From Thermoplasmata archaeon (GTDB lineage Archaea > Thermoplasmatota > Thermoplasmata > Halarchaeoplasmatales > Halarchaeoplasmataceae), in NCBI GenBank assembly GCA_007129655.1, contig SKVC01000091.1:1-36726 (forward strand): a stretch of 36,726 nt of DNA, written 5' to 3'. Below are positions 17,405-26,601 of the stretch, piece by piece. Below the pieces are notes generated by a model. The model searched no databases. It had not been told where the DNA came from and saw only the letters and a program-made list of their open reading frames with translations. Within the stretch, counting starts at the first letter, position 1. The number at the start of each line of letters is the position of its first letter. A program made the position numbers and the translations under genes.

Positions 17405-19723
17405 GTGGCTTATGAACACCCGCTGATAAAGGAAGGAGTTATTGAAGATAGGGCTTATCAAGTCAATATCGCTGATGTCGCTAGTAAAGATTCTACTCTT
17501 GTTGTATTACCTACGGGTATGGGGAAAACCATAATCGCATTGATGGTCATCGCCGATGTGAAAAACCATAACCCGGATGGGAAGATACTGTTATTGGCAC
17601 CCACCAAACCTCTGGTTCACCAACATGCTGTTGATATCGAAGAGCTGATGCTGCTGGGTAAACCCGCAGAATTCACAGGAGAGGTTAAGCCTTCTCTACG
17701 AGCCGAACAGTGGAACAAAAATGATGTTATCGTTTCCACACCCCAAGTTATACGAAACGACCTTATGTCCCATTCTATATCCTTGGAGGATGTAGCGTTG
17801 ATCGTGTTCGACGAGGCACACCGGGCTGTTGGGGGTTATGCCTACGTGTTCATCGGTGAGAGATATAAGGAGGAAAAAGGCTTGAGCCTGGGATTGACTG
17901 CCTCACCGGGTAGCGAAGCAGAACAGATAATATCGGTGTGTGAATGTCTCGGATTCAACCAAGTAGAGATACGCACTAAGTACGACGCCGATGTTTTCAA
18001 TTACGTCAAGAAAAGAGAATACCAGTGGTTAACGGTTAGCCTCCCCCCAAAACAGCGTCAGATAGTCAACAATTTGAAGGATCTACGTAAAAAACTATTG
18101 AAAGATATGCAAAAGCATGGATTCTTTAAAAGAAAGAATCTAGAATACATCTCAAAAAGAGATATACTCAAAGTCAACGGTAAGATAAGAGGACTGCTTA
18201 ATTCCGGTGGCAAAAAGCATCTTTACACTGCAGCGAGTGTCGTGGCATCACTGTTAAAGTTGGATCATGCAATCGATCTGGCAGAAACCCAAGGTCCTGA
18301 CTCACTGCGGGATTTTGTAGAAAAAATGGAGAACCAGGCCGAAGGCCGTGGAGGCACCTTAGCATCTAAACGTATCTTGAATAGCGACGAATTTATTCGT
18401 ACTATGAAGCTCCTAGAAGAGGTAGAACGAGATCATCCCAAGATAGATAAAGCGATTGAAGAGATCCGAGAGCAGCTTGCCCAGAAGAACGATTCAAAGG
18501 TGATCGCCTTTACCTCATACAGGCACACCGCTATGAAGTTGAAGGATAAACTTAACCAAGTCGAGGGTATCAAGGCGGCAAGATTCGTCGGCCAGGCGAA
18601 TAAAGAGGGAGATAAGGGATTGAAACAGAGTGAACAGATAGCGGCAATCGAGGATTTCGAGAGCGGGGTGTACAACGTCTTGGTGGCCACCAGTGTCGGT
18701 GAAGAAGGTTTGGATATTCCGGCAACCGATCTTGTGTTGTTATTCGAACCAGTTGCCTCCGAGATCCGCACCATACAGCGCAGAGGGAGGACCGCCAGGA
18801 GGCGAAAGGGTAAAGTAACCGTTCTGATAACAAAGAACACAAGAGACGAAGCATATTACTGGGCAAGTAAGAATAAAGAAAAAAATATGTGGAACAATCT
18901 AAATCAACTAAAAAGAGAGATCGAAGAAGATATAGACAAGAAGTTGGTTAAAAATAATGATGCTCAAGAAACAAGAGTTGTAACGAAAAAAAGTAAAAAG
19001 GAACTAAAAAAAAGATTTAGTAAAAATACCGAAATACTTCTTGATAATAAACAAAGATCCCTCTTTGATTTCAATACAGATAAAGAAAAAAAGGAAAACG
19101 TAATTGAGATCGTGATAGATTCAAGGGAACAAAACAGTAGAGTGGTGAATGAACTTGCCAGAAAGGGAATAAAGATACAAACTACACAACTTTCTACAGG
19201 TGATTATCTTATCTCCGAAGACACCGTTGTCGAAAGAAAATCTGTAGAAGATTTTCTGAGTTCACTGATGGATGGGCGATTGTTTAGCCAGGCGAAATCA
19301 CTTTCTACTGAATTCCAGAATCCAATGATCATAATCGAAGGAGAAGGATTGAATCATCGACGGAACATCGACGAAAGAGCGATCTACGGGGCATTAGCTT
19401 CGCTTGCTACGGACTTTCGTATCCCGGTGATGATGACAAAGAACGAATCAGAAACCGCTTCTTTTATCAACGCTTTACTCTCGAGAAAGAAGAAGAAAAA
19501 AGGCCCGGTTTCACTGCGTAAAGATAAGGAAAGTATGTCCAACATAGACACAAAGAGGTTCATACTGGAGGGTTTACCTAACATATCCGGAACCCTTGCA
19601 GATAGACTTCTAGAACACTTCGGAAGTGTACAAGCAGTTTTCAACGCCGATGAAGATGAATTAAAAAAGGTGAAAGGCATCGGGGCTAAGACCGCAAAAA
19701 AAATCGTGGATTTGATTAGATAA
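17405..19723 (+). CDS. hef: Hef: ERCC4/FANCM-like DEAH helicase fused to XPF/ERCC4 nuclease and HhH domains
   Basis: RAYQ, LPTGMGKT, APTKPLV.QH, FDEAHRA.G.YAY, GLTASPG, ATSVGEEGLDIP, IQRRGRTAR; nuclease DSRE, GDY, VERKS..DF; HhH GIG. Confidence 0.95.
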   Translation: MAYEHPLIKEGVIEDRAYQVNIADVASKDSTLVVLPTGMGKTIIALMVIADVKNHNPDGKILLLAPTKPLVHQHAVDIEELMLLGKPAEFTGEVKPSLRAEQWNKNDVIVSTPQVIRNDLMSHSISLEDVALIVFDEAHRAVGGYAYVFIGERYKEEKGLSLGLTASPGSEAEQIISVCECLGFNQVEIRTKYDADVFNYVKKREYQWLTVSLPPKQRQIVNNLKDLRKKLLKDMQKHGFFKRKNLEYISKRDILKVNGKIRGLLNSGGKKHLYTAASVVASLLKLDHAIDLAETQGPDSLRDFVEKMENQAEGRGGTLASKRILNSDEFIRTMKLLEEVERDHPKIDKAIEEIREQLAQKNDSKVIAFTSYRHTAMKLKDKLNQVEGIKAARFVGQANKEGDKGLKQSEQIAAIEDFESGVYNVLVATSVGEEGLDIPATDLVLLFEPVASEIRTIQRRGRTARRRKGKVTVLITKNTRDEAYYWASKNKEKNMWNNLNQLKREIEEDIDKKLVKNNDAQETRVVTKKSKKELKKRFSKNTEILLDNKQRSLFDFNTDKEKKENVIEIVIDSREQNSRVVNELARKGIKIQTTQLSTGDYLISEDTVVERKSVEDFLSSLMDGRLFSQAKSLSTEFQNPMIIIEGEGLNHRRNIDERAIYGALASLATDFRIPVMMTKNESETASFINALLSRKKKKKGPVSLRKDKESMSNIDTKRFILEGLPNISGTLADRLLEHFGSVQAVFNADEDELKKVKGIGAKTAKKIVDLIR

Positions 19724-19746
19724 ATCAAAATGGTTAAGTATTACCT

Positions 19747-20109
19747 ATGCATAACCAAGACTATATGAAGGATTTGATAGAGCGCGAAGATCTCGGATGC
19801 GACATCGCCTTAGAATGTTTATACAACCTTTCGACACTTGATAAAAGATTACTTGAAACTCTAAAAGATGGAGATGAATATCGCAGTGACGAGATCGCAG
19901 AGATATTAGAGCGTGATCAGAGCACAGCCTATCGTTCACTTGAAAGATTGGCCCGGTGTGGGCTTGTTTATAAAGAAAAACAGAATATACGTAACGGCGG
20001 CTACTTCTATGTGTATTCGTTAAGACCTCTAGACAAGATAAAAGAAGAGGCTTTGGAGTGCCTCGAAGAATGGTATAGAAAGATGAAGAAAGCTATAGAA
20101 GAACTTTAG
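19747..20109 (+). CDS. Archaeal winged-HTH transcriptional regulator (TrmB-like/COG3355-type) with several Cys residues
   Basis: C.IALECLYNLS.LD, DEIAEILERDQSTAYRSLERL..CGLV.KE, GGYFYVY. Promoter caaaatggTTAAGTA upstream. Confidence 0.85.
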   Translation: MHNQDYMKDLIEREDLGCDIALECLYNLSTLDKRLLETLKDGDEYRSDEIAEILERDQSTAYRSLERLARCGLVYKEKQNIRNGGYFYVYSLRPLDKIKEEALECLEEWYRKMKKAIEEL

Positions 20110-20453
20110 ATATCAAAGGTATCTGCTATTATTTCTTCCAGTTTATTCTTGGATAACATACCCTTTTCCGAACGGACCACATTCCCGTTTTGTATGAAAA
20201 GGAAAGCTGGTATGGCTTGTACCCCGTACCTTGAAGCAAGTGAACCATTCTCCTCTACATTTATCTTTGCAATGGCTACTTTTCCGGCAAATTTCTCGGC
20301 CATAGATTCCAATATCGGATTCATAGCCATACATGGAGAGCACCATGTTGCCCAAAAATCGATCACAACGTTGTCATTATCTCTGATATATTCTTCAAAT
20401 TCACTTTCGTCTATACTGACCAAATTACCGTTATTATTAACCATTTTTTCCAC
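20106..20453 (-). CDS. trxA: Thioredoxin
   Basis: IDFWATWCSPC, KINVEEN..LA.RYGVQAIP. Alternative start ATG 20444. Confidence 0.9.
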   Translation of the reverse strand: MEKMVNNNGNLVSIDESEFEEYIRDNDNVVIDFWATWCSPCMAMNPILESMAEKFAGKVAIAKINVEENGSLASRYGVQAIPAFLFIQNGNVVRSEKGMLSKNKLEEIIADTFDI

Positions 20454-20549
20454 CGATATCTTGTGTTTACAGTTATAATCTGTTTATATATAGTTTTAAC
20501 GCCCCATCTGTTTCAAAAGAGTTATTATCTGAACTAGCTATGGAGTTAT

Positions 20550-21536
20550 ATGCAAGAACTTCTATTCGAACTCAAAGGACCTCACTACGATCTGGCATCC
20601 GCCGAAGTAAAATGTGCTCTTGAGGGATCGGATAGTACATATCGTATAGTCGATATCTGTTCGGGCGTTCTGCATGTAGAAACTTCTGTCGAACCGAAAA
20701 AAATCGGCCGGAGATTAGGATTGACCCATCGTATATATTATCACATTTTAAATTGTGATGAAACAGAGTTGATTGAAGGTACGAGTGGGATACGGTTACC
20801 ACCCGGATCCGCTTCAGTTAGTACAAGGCGTATTCAGGGCAAAAAGGCAAGAACAGAAGACATCAACATAGGTTTAGGTAGTGAAATATCAAAACGTAAT
20901 GCCATCGATCTAGATCGCCCGGACCATCGAATAATAGTCATGATTTCCGACAAATATTTTGTGGGTAGATTGGCATACGAAATTGATAATAAGCCTTTTC
21001 AAAATCGATTGTCTAGAAATCGGCCATTTTTCTCACCCGTTTCTCTAGAACCTAAATTAGCGCGAGCACTCATCAATCTAGCCAGACCAAAGGAAGGTGC
21101 ATACATTCACGACCCGTTTTGTGGTACTGGAGGCATACTTCTAGAGGCAGGCGATATGAATCTTAACGCTTCCGGAGGCGACATAGATGAAAGGATGGTG
21201 GGGGGTAGTAAAGAGAACCTTGAATTCTACGGTTTTGATGTTTCGGTGGTACAAGGGGATGTATCAGAAAGCACTTCGAAATATCTTGATTGTATAGTTA
21301 CCGACCCACCATACGGGCGCTCTTCTAGCTCTCAAGGAGAAGATATTTGCCGCATATATCGGCGCTTATTCGAGACATCATCGGAGTGTTTGAAAAATAA
21401 GGGATATCTATCAGTAATATTTCCGGATAAGAGTTATTATGAGATCGGGAGTAAATACATGGAGCCTGTTGAGATGTACCGGGTTTACGTGCACAACTCT
21501 TTGGAACGATTTTTTTGTGTGTTCAGAAAGCAGTAA
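20550..21536 (+). CDS. trmG10: tRNA (guanine(10)-N2)-dimethyltransferase (THUMP + MTase)
   Basis: N-terminal LFEL.G.H..LA..E, IDLDRPD, RPFFSPVSLEPKLARALINL, DPFCGTGG, TDPPYGRS. Confidence 0.9.
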   Translation: MQELLFELKGPHYDLASAEVKCALEGSDSTYRIVDICSGVLHVETSVEPKKIGRRLGLTHRIYYHILNCDETELIEGTSGIRLPPGSASVSTRRIQGKKARTEDINIGLGSEISKRNAIDLDRPDHRIIVMISDKYFVGRLAYEIDNKPFQNRLSRNRPFFSPVSLEPKLARALINLARPKEGAYIHDPFCGTGGILLEAGDMNLNASGGDIDERMVGGSKENLEFYGFDVSVVQGDVSESTSKYLDCIVTDPPYGRSSSSQGEDICRIYRRLFETSSECLKNKGYLSVIFPDKSYYEIGSKYMEPVEMYRVYVHNSLERFFCVFRKQ

Positions 21537-21539
21537 ATT

Positions 21540-23408
21540 TTATTCGTCTAATTTTACTCCTAATATCTCTATATCTTCATATGTGCCTTTAGCTAAAGAA
21601 CGTATCCTTAAAGTCGCCACTACGAATTCTGCACTTCCGCGAGTAGGTTCATTTTCAGTACGTGTATAAAGTTTCATTCCCCGGGTAAGAACATCTGAAG
21701 ATATAACAGCGGTGAAATTCTCAGTGCCACCCGAAGGAATTTCTAGAGTAAGATTCTGCTGGTGTGAATTGTTATGTAGGAAATAAACATTCCAACTTTC
21801 GTTGTTTATTTCCGTGCTAGAGATTTCATAGGCATCATCCGGCCCCATGTTGAATATATATATGGAGAAATTTGCCTTTCCGTCTTCTATTATTGAATAT
21901 CTCTGGAAAGAAGATACCGTGAATGAATATTCTAGCTCAGTGGTAAGTTCCTTAGTCTTATCCCGTCCCGTTGTGTTCGACCGCACGGTGAATGATACAT
22001 CGTTTCTTATATGGGCTTCGTTTGTAGGGGTTAACTCCAATCTGAAGCTGGTGTTTTTCCCAGTATCTAAAGATACGCTCGTCCTGTTACCATCTATAGG
22101 GGACCATGAAGTGATGTTATTTTCTAGACGTTGGACATATAGTAAGCCGTTCCAAGTACGATTACTCATATCGAAGCTTACATTATATGTGTCTGAATTC
22201 GGACTTCCGGTGTTGGTGAGCTTGAAGGTATATACCGCACTTTCATTCAATGAAACAGTTTGAATAGCCGATTCAGATAATTCGATCTCGAAATCGTATC
22301 TGATGGTTTCTTCTTCGATGGGAATAGGGTGAAAACAGCTGAATAGCAGAACTATTGCGAGAACTCCGACTAATTTGCGTTTTGTACCTATTTTACCAAG
22401 TTCGTTTAAAGGTGGGGGATGTTTTAAGCCGACAAAAAACAAAAGGAATATCGCAAAAAATAGCCAGCCGGGATAGAACCATATACCCACTATGACTAGG
22501 AAAGCTGCCGCGATGTAACTTGCATACTTCGCTTTATCTCCCAATAGGGATCTTACCACATGTCCGCCGTCGAGCTGCCCCGCTGGCAATAAGTTCAAAC
22601 CAGTTACGAGAAATCCCACCCATCCGGCAAAAGCTGTAGGATGCATGGTCTGCCCACCGCTGAATGGCAGTATGTAATCCAAAACTCTGAATATTATAGG
22701 GTAATTTATTATCCATACTGTACCTTCCATACCCAAAGGAAGGGATTGATCCATGACACCGCCCAAATATATACCGATAATAGCCACAGGAACTGCCACT
22801 ATAAATCCACATATTGGCCCGGCAACCCCTATGTCTAAGAGTGATTTTCTGTTAGGTATAGGGTCTCTTATGCTTATGAATGCACCTATAGTTCCCAGAG
22901 GAGGGGCAAAGGGTAGGAAAAAAGGAAGAGATGCGTGTATTTTATGGTGTCTCGCCATGAAATAATGGCCCATCTCGTGAATACCGAGGATCGTCATCAG
23001 TGGTAGGGTAAAAAATAATGCGCCGTTACTAAGATTATAAAGCGAAAAAAACGGTTCTGTAGATGTATAAGACGACCACCACCACATACCGGCTATCAAG
23101 GTGGTACACAAGGTAACTATAAGCATGACGATGTTCGTCTTTACCGTACGGTATTTTCTGGGCGGATTCTTCTTTACACTTATTACATACTCACCTTTCT
23201 CTTCCCGTAAAAAAGGGATGAAATTAAGAGGGACTAGTTCCTGCCTCAATTCATCGAATTTTTCCTCAAAATCATCGCCCTGTATGATCCTGACATAGAT
23301 GTTGACTATATCAAATTCTATCTCTGTTTTATAAACGGGGAATTGTTTACTCACTTTCGCTTGAATGAACTCGATATCGTTCCTGTAGTCTTCTGGTCTG
23401 TCGACCAT
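21540..23408 (-). CDS. Site-2 protease (peptidase M50) with ~260-aa C-terminal Ig-like ectodomain
   Basis: HEMGH, LPFFLP, GTIGAFI, DIGVAGP, HPTAFAGWVG, NLLPAGQLDGGH, HPPPLN. C-terminal beta-rich repeats with NTG/NMG motifs. Confidence 0.9.
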   Translation of the reverse strand: MVDRPEDYRNDIEFIQAKVSKQFPVYKTEIEFDIVNIYVRIIQGDDFEEKFDELRQELVPLNFIPFLREEKGEYVISVKKNPPRKYRTVKTNIVMLIVTLCTTLIAGMWWWSSYTSTEPFFSLYNLSNGALFFTLPLMTILGIHEMGHYFMARHHKIHASLPFFLPFAPPLGTIGAFISIRDPIPNRKSLLDIGVAGPICGFIVAVPVAIIGIYLGGVMDQSLPLGMEGTVWIINYPIIFRVLDYILPFSGGQTMHPTAFAGWVGFLVTGLNLLPAGQLDGGHVVRSLLGDKAKYASYIAAAFLVIVGIWFYPGWLFFAIFLLFFVGLKHPPPLNELGKIGTKRKLVGVLAIVLLFSCFHPIPIEEETIRYDFEIELSESAIQTVSLNESAVYTFKLTNTGSPNSDTYNVSFDMSNRTWNGLLYVQRLENNITSWSPIDGNRTSVSLDTGKNTSFRLELTPTNEAHIRNDVSFTVRSNTTGRDKTKELTTELEYSFTVSSFQRYSIIEDGKANFSIYIFNMGPDDAYEISSTEINNESWNVYFLHNNSHQQNLTLEIPSGGTENFTAVISSDVLTRGMKLYTRTENEPTRGSAEFVVATLRIRSLAKGTYEDIEILGVKLDE

Positions 23409-23499
23409 ATCAACTGTTATTTACGATGGAGATACTAATAAGTGTTGTGCTTTAACATGGCTCGAAAGATTTATCAACGACATATTGATGAGCGGCTGA

Positions 23500-24000
23500 A
23501 TGCCCAGGATTTTGAAGGAAGATAAAGATGCCATCGAGGGGCTCCCACTAGAGCTGCTAGTGATATGTGTAGTGATAGCTATTACGATTCCTACAGTTTG
23601 GGGTTTTGCTGGGATGTACATTAGACAACAAACAGAGAACGATTTAATGGTAGAGTTAGAGCACCTTAAAAAGACCGTAGAAGAGGTAGGATCTTCCGAA
23701 GAGGGAAATATGCGTATAATCGAAATGGATTTAAGCGGTCACCCTCTAGCAAGGATAGATTATGTGGAGATCGGTGGTGAAATACCGGGAACAGAGTATG
23801 TCAGATACCGTATACGGGGAAGAGAAGAATCAGCATATAAACTGGGTGGATTTAATCTTGCAAACATAAGCGGCGGAGAACCGGTGATATTGGATATCTC
23901 CGGAGAAGAAAACGTTTTTATGGTGAAAAGGAGCGGCATGATAGATGGGGGGGTCGAGATCATCGAAATAGGATTAATAGAGGGAAGACATGAGAAATAG
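23500..24000 (+). CDS. Putative type IV pilin-like protein (class III signal peptide-like N-terminus)
   Basis: Short charged leader (MPRILKEDKDA), then IEGLPLELLVICVVIAITIPTVWGF hydrophobic helix, amphipathic helix, 'G..R' turn and a beta-rich C-terminus. Promoter cgaaagaTTTATCA at ~23463-23476. Confidence 0.6.
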   Translation: MPRILKEDKDAIEGLPLELLVICVVIAITIPTVWGFAGMYIRQQTENDLMVELEHLKKTVEEVGSSEEGNMRIIEMDLSGHPLARIDYVEIGGEIPGTEYVRYRIRGREESAYKLGGFNLANISGGEPVILDISGEENVFMVKRSGMIDGGVEIIEIGLIEGRHEK

Positions 24001-24511
24001 AGCTAGTGTTCGCAGGGATAAAAGAGGTTTAATGGAATTACCATTCAAGCTATTTATTATGATAATCCTTATTTCTGCTACAATGTCCATGGGTATAATC
24101 AGCTTTAGGAATATGCAGCGCAGTGCATTCGAACAACATGTCAAAGATGAATTGAATGGATTGATATTCCTTTCTCATATGATAAGTCGGGAAGGAAATC
24201 TTTCGAGTCAAGAGATGGTGCTCGACCTTTCCGGAGATATGTTTGCAGGGATAGACCAAATCCGTTTCGGGGACAGAGTCGGTGGCAGAACGGATATAAT
24301 CTCTTACAGTATGGATTGGAGAGAACAGAGAGAAATAATACATCTCCGAGATGATATCCATCTTACATCTTCCGGAAACAGCAGTTTCACACTACGGAGT
24401 GGCCTACACAATATTCGTCTGACATGTTTGTATATCTCTGATGATACTACTGTGGTTATCGTATCTCGGGCGGGAGAAAGAATAGACTACAGTAGTTTTT
24501 ATTCTATGTAA
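23990..24511 (+). CDS. Putative type IV pilin-like protein (class III signal peptide)
   Basis: MRNRASVRRDKRG|LMELPFKLFIMIILISATM matches [KR][GA]|hydrophobic. Overlaps the preceding gene by 11 nt and has a similar architecture. Confidence 0.65.
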   Translation: MRNRASVRRDKRGLMELPFKLFIMIILISATMSMGIISFRNMQRSAFEQHVKDELNGLIFLSHMISREGNLSSQEMVLDLSGDMFAGIDQIRFGDRVGGRTDIISYSMDWREQREIIHLRDDIHLTSSGNSSFTLRSGLHNIRLTCLYISDDTTVVIVSRAGERIDYSSFYSM

Positions 24512-24936
24512 TCATCAAGGCGTTTATCCTTCCAACTGCCGCCTTTACCAATGTGGATAACTTCCCATCCTTCTTCTTCAAGTCTCTCAGAGATGTGGCG
24601 ACGGTGGCATTTCATAGGATCTTTTTCAAGACACATTATCGCAGTAGGAATGTCTTTAGCGATCGATTTTAATCCTTCGTAGGCTTTTTTCCAGCTATCC
24701 TTTTCCATGACTGTATGATAATCATCTTCTACCATCCCTCCGAGCTCCGGTTTATGAACATACATTATACTCTTAGAGAATAATTTTTCTTTTAGTTCCT
24801 GCCCTCCGAAACCAGGTCTTGCGGATTTTGCTATCGAACGTACATCGACAAGATGATTTATGCTGCTCTCCAGAAGTAATTTTATAAATTCGTCAAGAGT
24901 TTTTCCTTCGTAACCAATGGTATATATATTATTCAC
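24499..24936 (-). CDS. DUF488 family protein
   Basis: IYTIGYEG, LVDVR, Y.H.PELGG, MCLEKDP..CHR. Confidence 0.85.
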   Translation of the reverse strand: MNNIYTIGYEGKTLDEFIKLLLESSINHLVDVRSIAKSARPGFGGQELKEKLFSKSIMYVHKPELGGMVEDDYHTVMEKDSWKKAYEGLKSIAKDIPTAIMCLEKDPMKCHRRHISERLEEEGWEVIHIGKGGSWKDKRLDDYIE

Positions 24937-25007
24937 ATATTTGTTAGCTGGAAGTTAGATAAAAGGGTTCTCATATATGTTGGTATTGCGTACGAGTGTA
25001 AAGGTAT

Positions 25008-25066
25008 CGAAATAGTTAAATACCCGCTTACGCATGTCAGACGGACGACCGACGGAAGGGGTCGTT
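25008..25066 (+). promoter_or_regulatory. Promoter (cgaaatagTTAAATA) with downstream GACGGA direct repeats and a short hairpin, upstream of the RHH gene
   Basis: TATA at 25016-25022. GACGGA at 25040 and 25051 (11-bp period). ACGACC/GGTCGT stem at 25045-25065. SD AGGTGGAG at 25076-25083. Confidence 0.45.
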
Positions 25067-25087
25067 TAAACATACAGGTGGAGATCA

Positions 25088-25321
25088 ATGACAGATACCG
25101 AGAAGATAACCGTAAGGCTCCCTAAGCGTTTTCTTAAAGAGCTTGACTTCCTGGTAGAAGTTGATGATTTCCCATCCCGTTCAGAAGCTATACGAAGTGC
25201 GGTACGTGATATGCTTTATTATCGTGTCGAGCTTGCCTCTGAGAAGGCAGAGAAGATGGCTAAGGTCGAACGGGCTATGAACCAGGCGAAGGCAGTGCGA
25301 GATGAATATTTAAAACCTTAA
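25088..25321 (+). CDS. Ribbon-helix-helix (CopG/Arc) regulator, CdrS-like
   Basis: EKITVRLP....ELD.LVE...FPSRSEAIRSAVRDML plus a C-terminal helix. Confidence 0.85.
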   Translation: MTDTEKITVRLPKRFLKELDFLVEVDDFPSRSEAIRSAVRDMLYYRVELASEKAEKMAKVERAMNQAKAVRDEYLKP

Positions 25322-25400
25322 CCCTTAAGATGCACTCTAACCCGTAAATATCCCCAGACCTGCCTTTGCCTGGATCACACAAACCATCACGATACTATAT

Positions 25401-25432
25401 CTCCCCCCTTTTTCTTTTTTATTGTTGTTTTT
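25401..25432 (+). terminator. Oligo-T terminator
   Basis: ctcccccctttttcttttttattgttgttttt in the convergent spacer after the RHH gene. Confidence 0.5.
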
Positions 25433-25455
25433 AAGTGTGTTTTGCTATCTAAACT

Positions 25456-26601
25456 CTATACCCCCATGACAAGTCGCAGGGTGTTTCTAACTCCCGGGGC
25501 CATCCCAAGTGTGATGATAGCGAATTTAAGTAATACTGTAAGGCGAGGATATTTACTTAACTCATCTTTATAATAGTGATCGATGGTGACTATAACCACT
25601 ACCACAAGAACTATTTTCAGTAAGAACATCACTATCGGGTCGCCTACCAATTCGATGGCAAGAGCGGGGATCACATGCTTTTCCGTATAACCGTAATGCT
25701 TTATTCCGCGATAAGTGGCTGAGGCATCGAAAAGGTGAGATAGTACTATCAATAAATTGAGTTTGGTAAAGAACAATTTTTGGAGGATTTTTTTATCCGA
25801 TAAATATATCGGTAATGAAAATAACCCTACCGCGACAATTGTTAAAATAGGTATCATGATGAGTTCAAAGGGGTTAGTATCGGACAATGTGAGTGTATAG
25901 TACAGATTGTATGTAAGAGATATGGCAAGTAGTATAATTCCATATGAAACGAATAGATATCGTTCATTCAAAATTTGCTGTTTTCTGCCGATAATGTAAA
26001 AAATTGATAAAAAGATTAGCCCGATAACGATCATGATGGTTGTGTAAGGCAATCTGAAAAGTAAATATATAACCAGTGGCGGGGCAAGTACTGCGACTCG
26101 TAAAAGACTGTTTTCCTCTTTAAATGTTCGTGATATTTTGACTCCCAGCACCATCGTTACTATTACGGAAGCTCCCAATAACATATATATTATAGGCGAT
26201 ATTAAAAGCGGAGCTATGGATTCAGAGAAAAGTCCTACATCCTCCAAGGTACGCAGTGAACCTCCTAAAATTATCCATGGTATGAGTGAAAAAACGAATT
26301 TGTTGTCTATTCGGACATCAAGATAATTTATTAGGTCGTATATACCAAATAAAGCCACCACCAGAACGATACCGTATACCAATGTGTTTACCGGATTGTA
26401 ACCGGCAGATACATCACCTATCGAAGCGCCACGTGCATCTGCAACTACCGGTCCCCATAGATATCTCCATAAGAAAGCATCCCAGAATAGTTCTCTCCAC
26501 AGTAGGCTTCCCAGTAACAGAAATAACGGAATTACAACAATGATAAAAATCCAGATTTCTTTTTTATATGTTTCATATCTTTTTGAGAGATCCGTACTCA
26601 T
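25456..26601 (-). CDS. DUF63 family archaeal membrane protein
   Basis: WRYLWGPVVADA, GYNPVNTLVYG, PWIILGGSLRTLED, LISPIIY, HLFDASAT, Y.EKH, LGMAPGVRNTLR. Start overlaps the glmS stop (ATGA). Confidence 0.88.
   Translation of the reverse strand: MSTDLSKRYETYKKEIWIFIIVVIPLFLLLGSLLWRELFWDAFLWRYLWGPVVADARGASIGDVSAGYNPVNTLVYGIVLVVALFGIYDLINYLDVRIDNKFVFSLIPWIILGGSLRTLEDVGLFSESIAPLLISPIIYMLLGASVIVTMVLGVKISRTFKEENSLLRVAVLAPPLVIYLLFRLPYTTIMIVIGLIFLSIFYIIGRKQQILNERYLFVSYGIILLAISLTYNLYYTLTLSDTNPFELIMIPILTIVAVGLFSLPIYLSDKKILQKLFFTKLNLLIVLSHLFDASATYRGIKHYGYTEKHVIPALAIELVGDPIVMFLLKIVLVVVVIVTIDHYYKDELSKYPRLTVLLKFAIITLGMAPGVRNTLRLVMGV

Noticed and set aside
18880..19110. AT- and Lys-rich segment within hef (possible intein or insertion)
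   Set aside because: Corresponds to the expected disordered linker between helicase and nuclease; no intein splice motifs.
24499..25321. DUF488 plus RHH as a toxin-antitoxin or defence pair
   Set aside because: The genes are divergent with separate promoters, and the RHH resembles CdrS more than an antitoxin; no other defence genes nearby.
25322..25400. ~80-nt region between the RHH stop and its terminator as a possible sRNA or tRNA
   Set aside because: No cloverleaf, T-loop, C/D box pair or stable stem beyond 4 bp; treated as 3' UTR.
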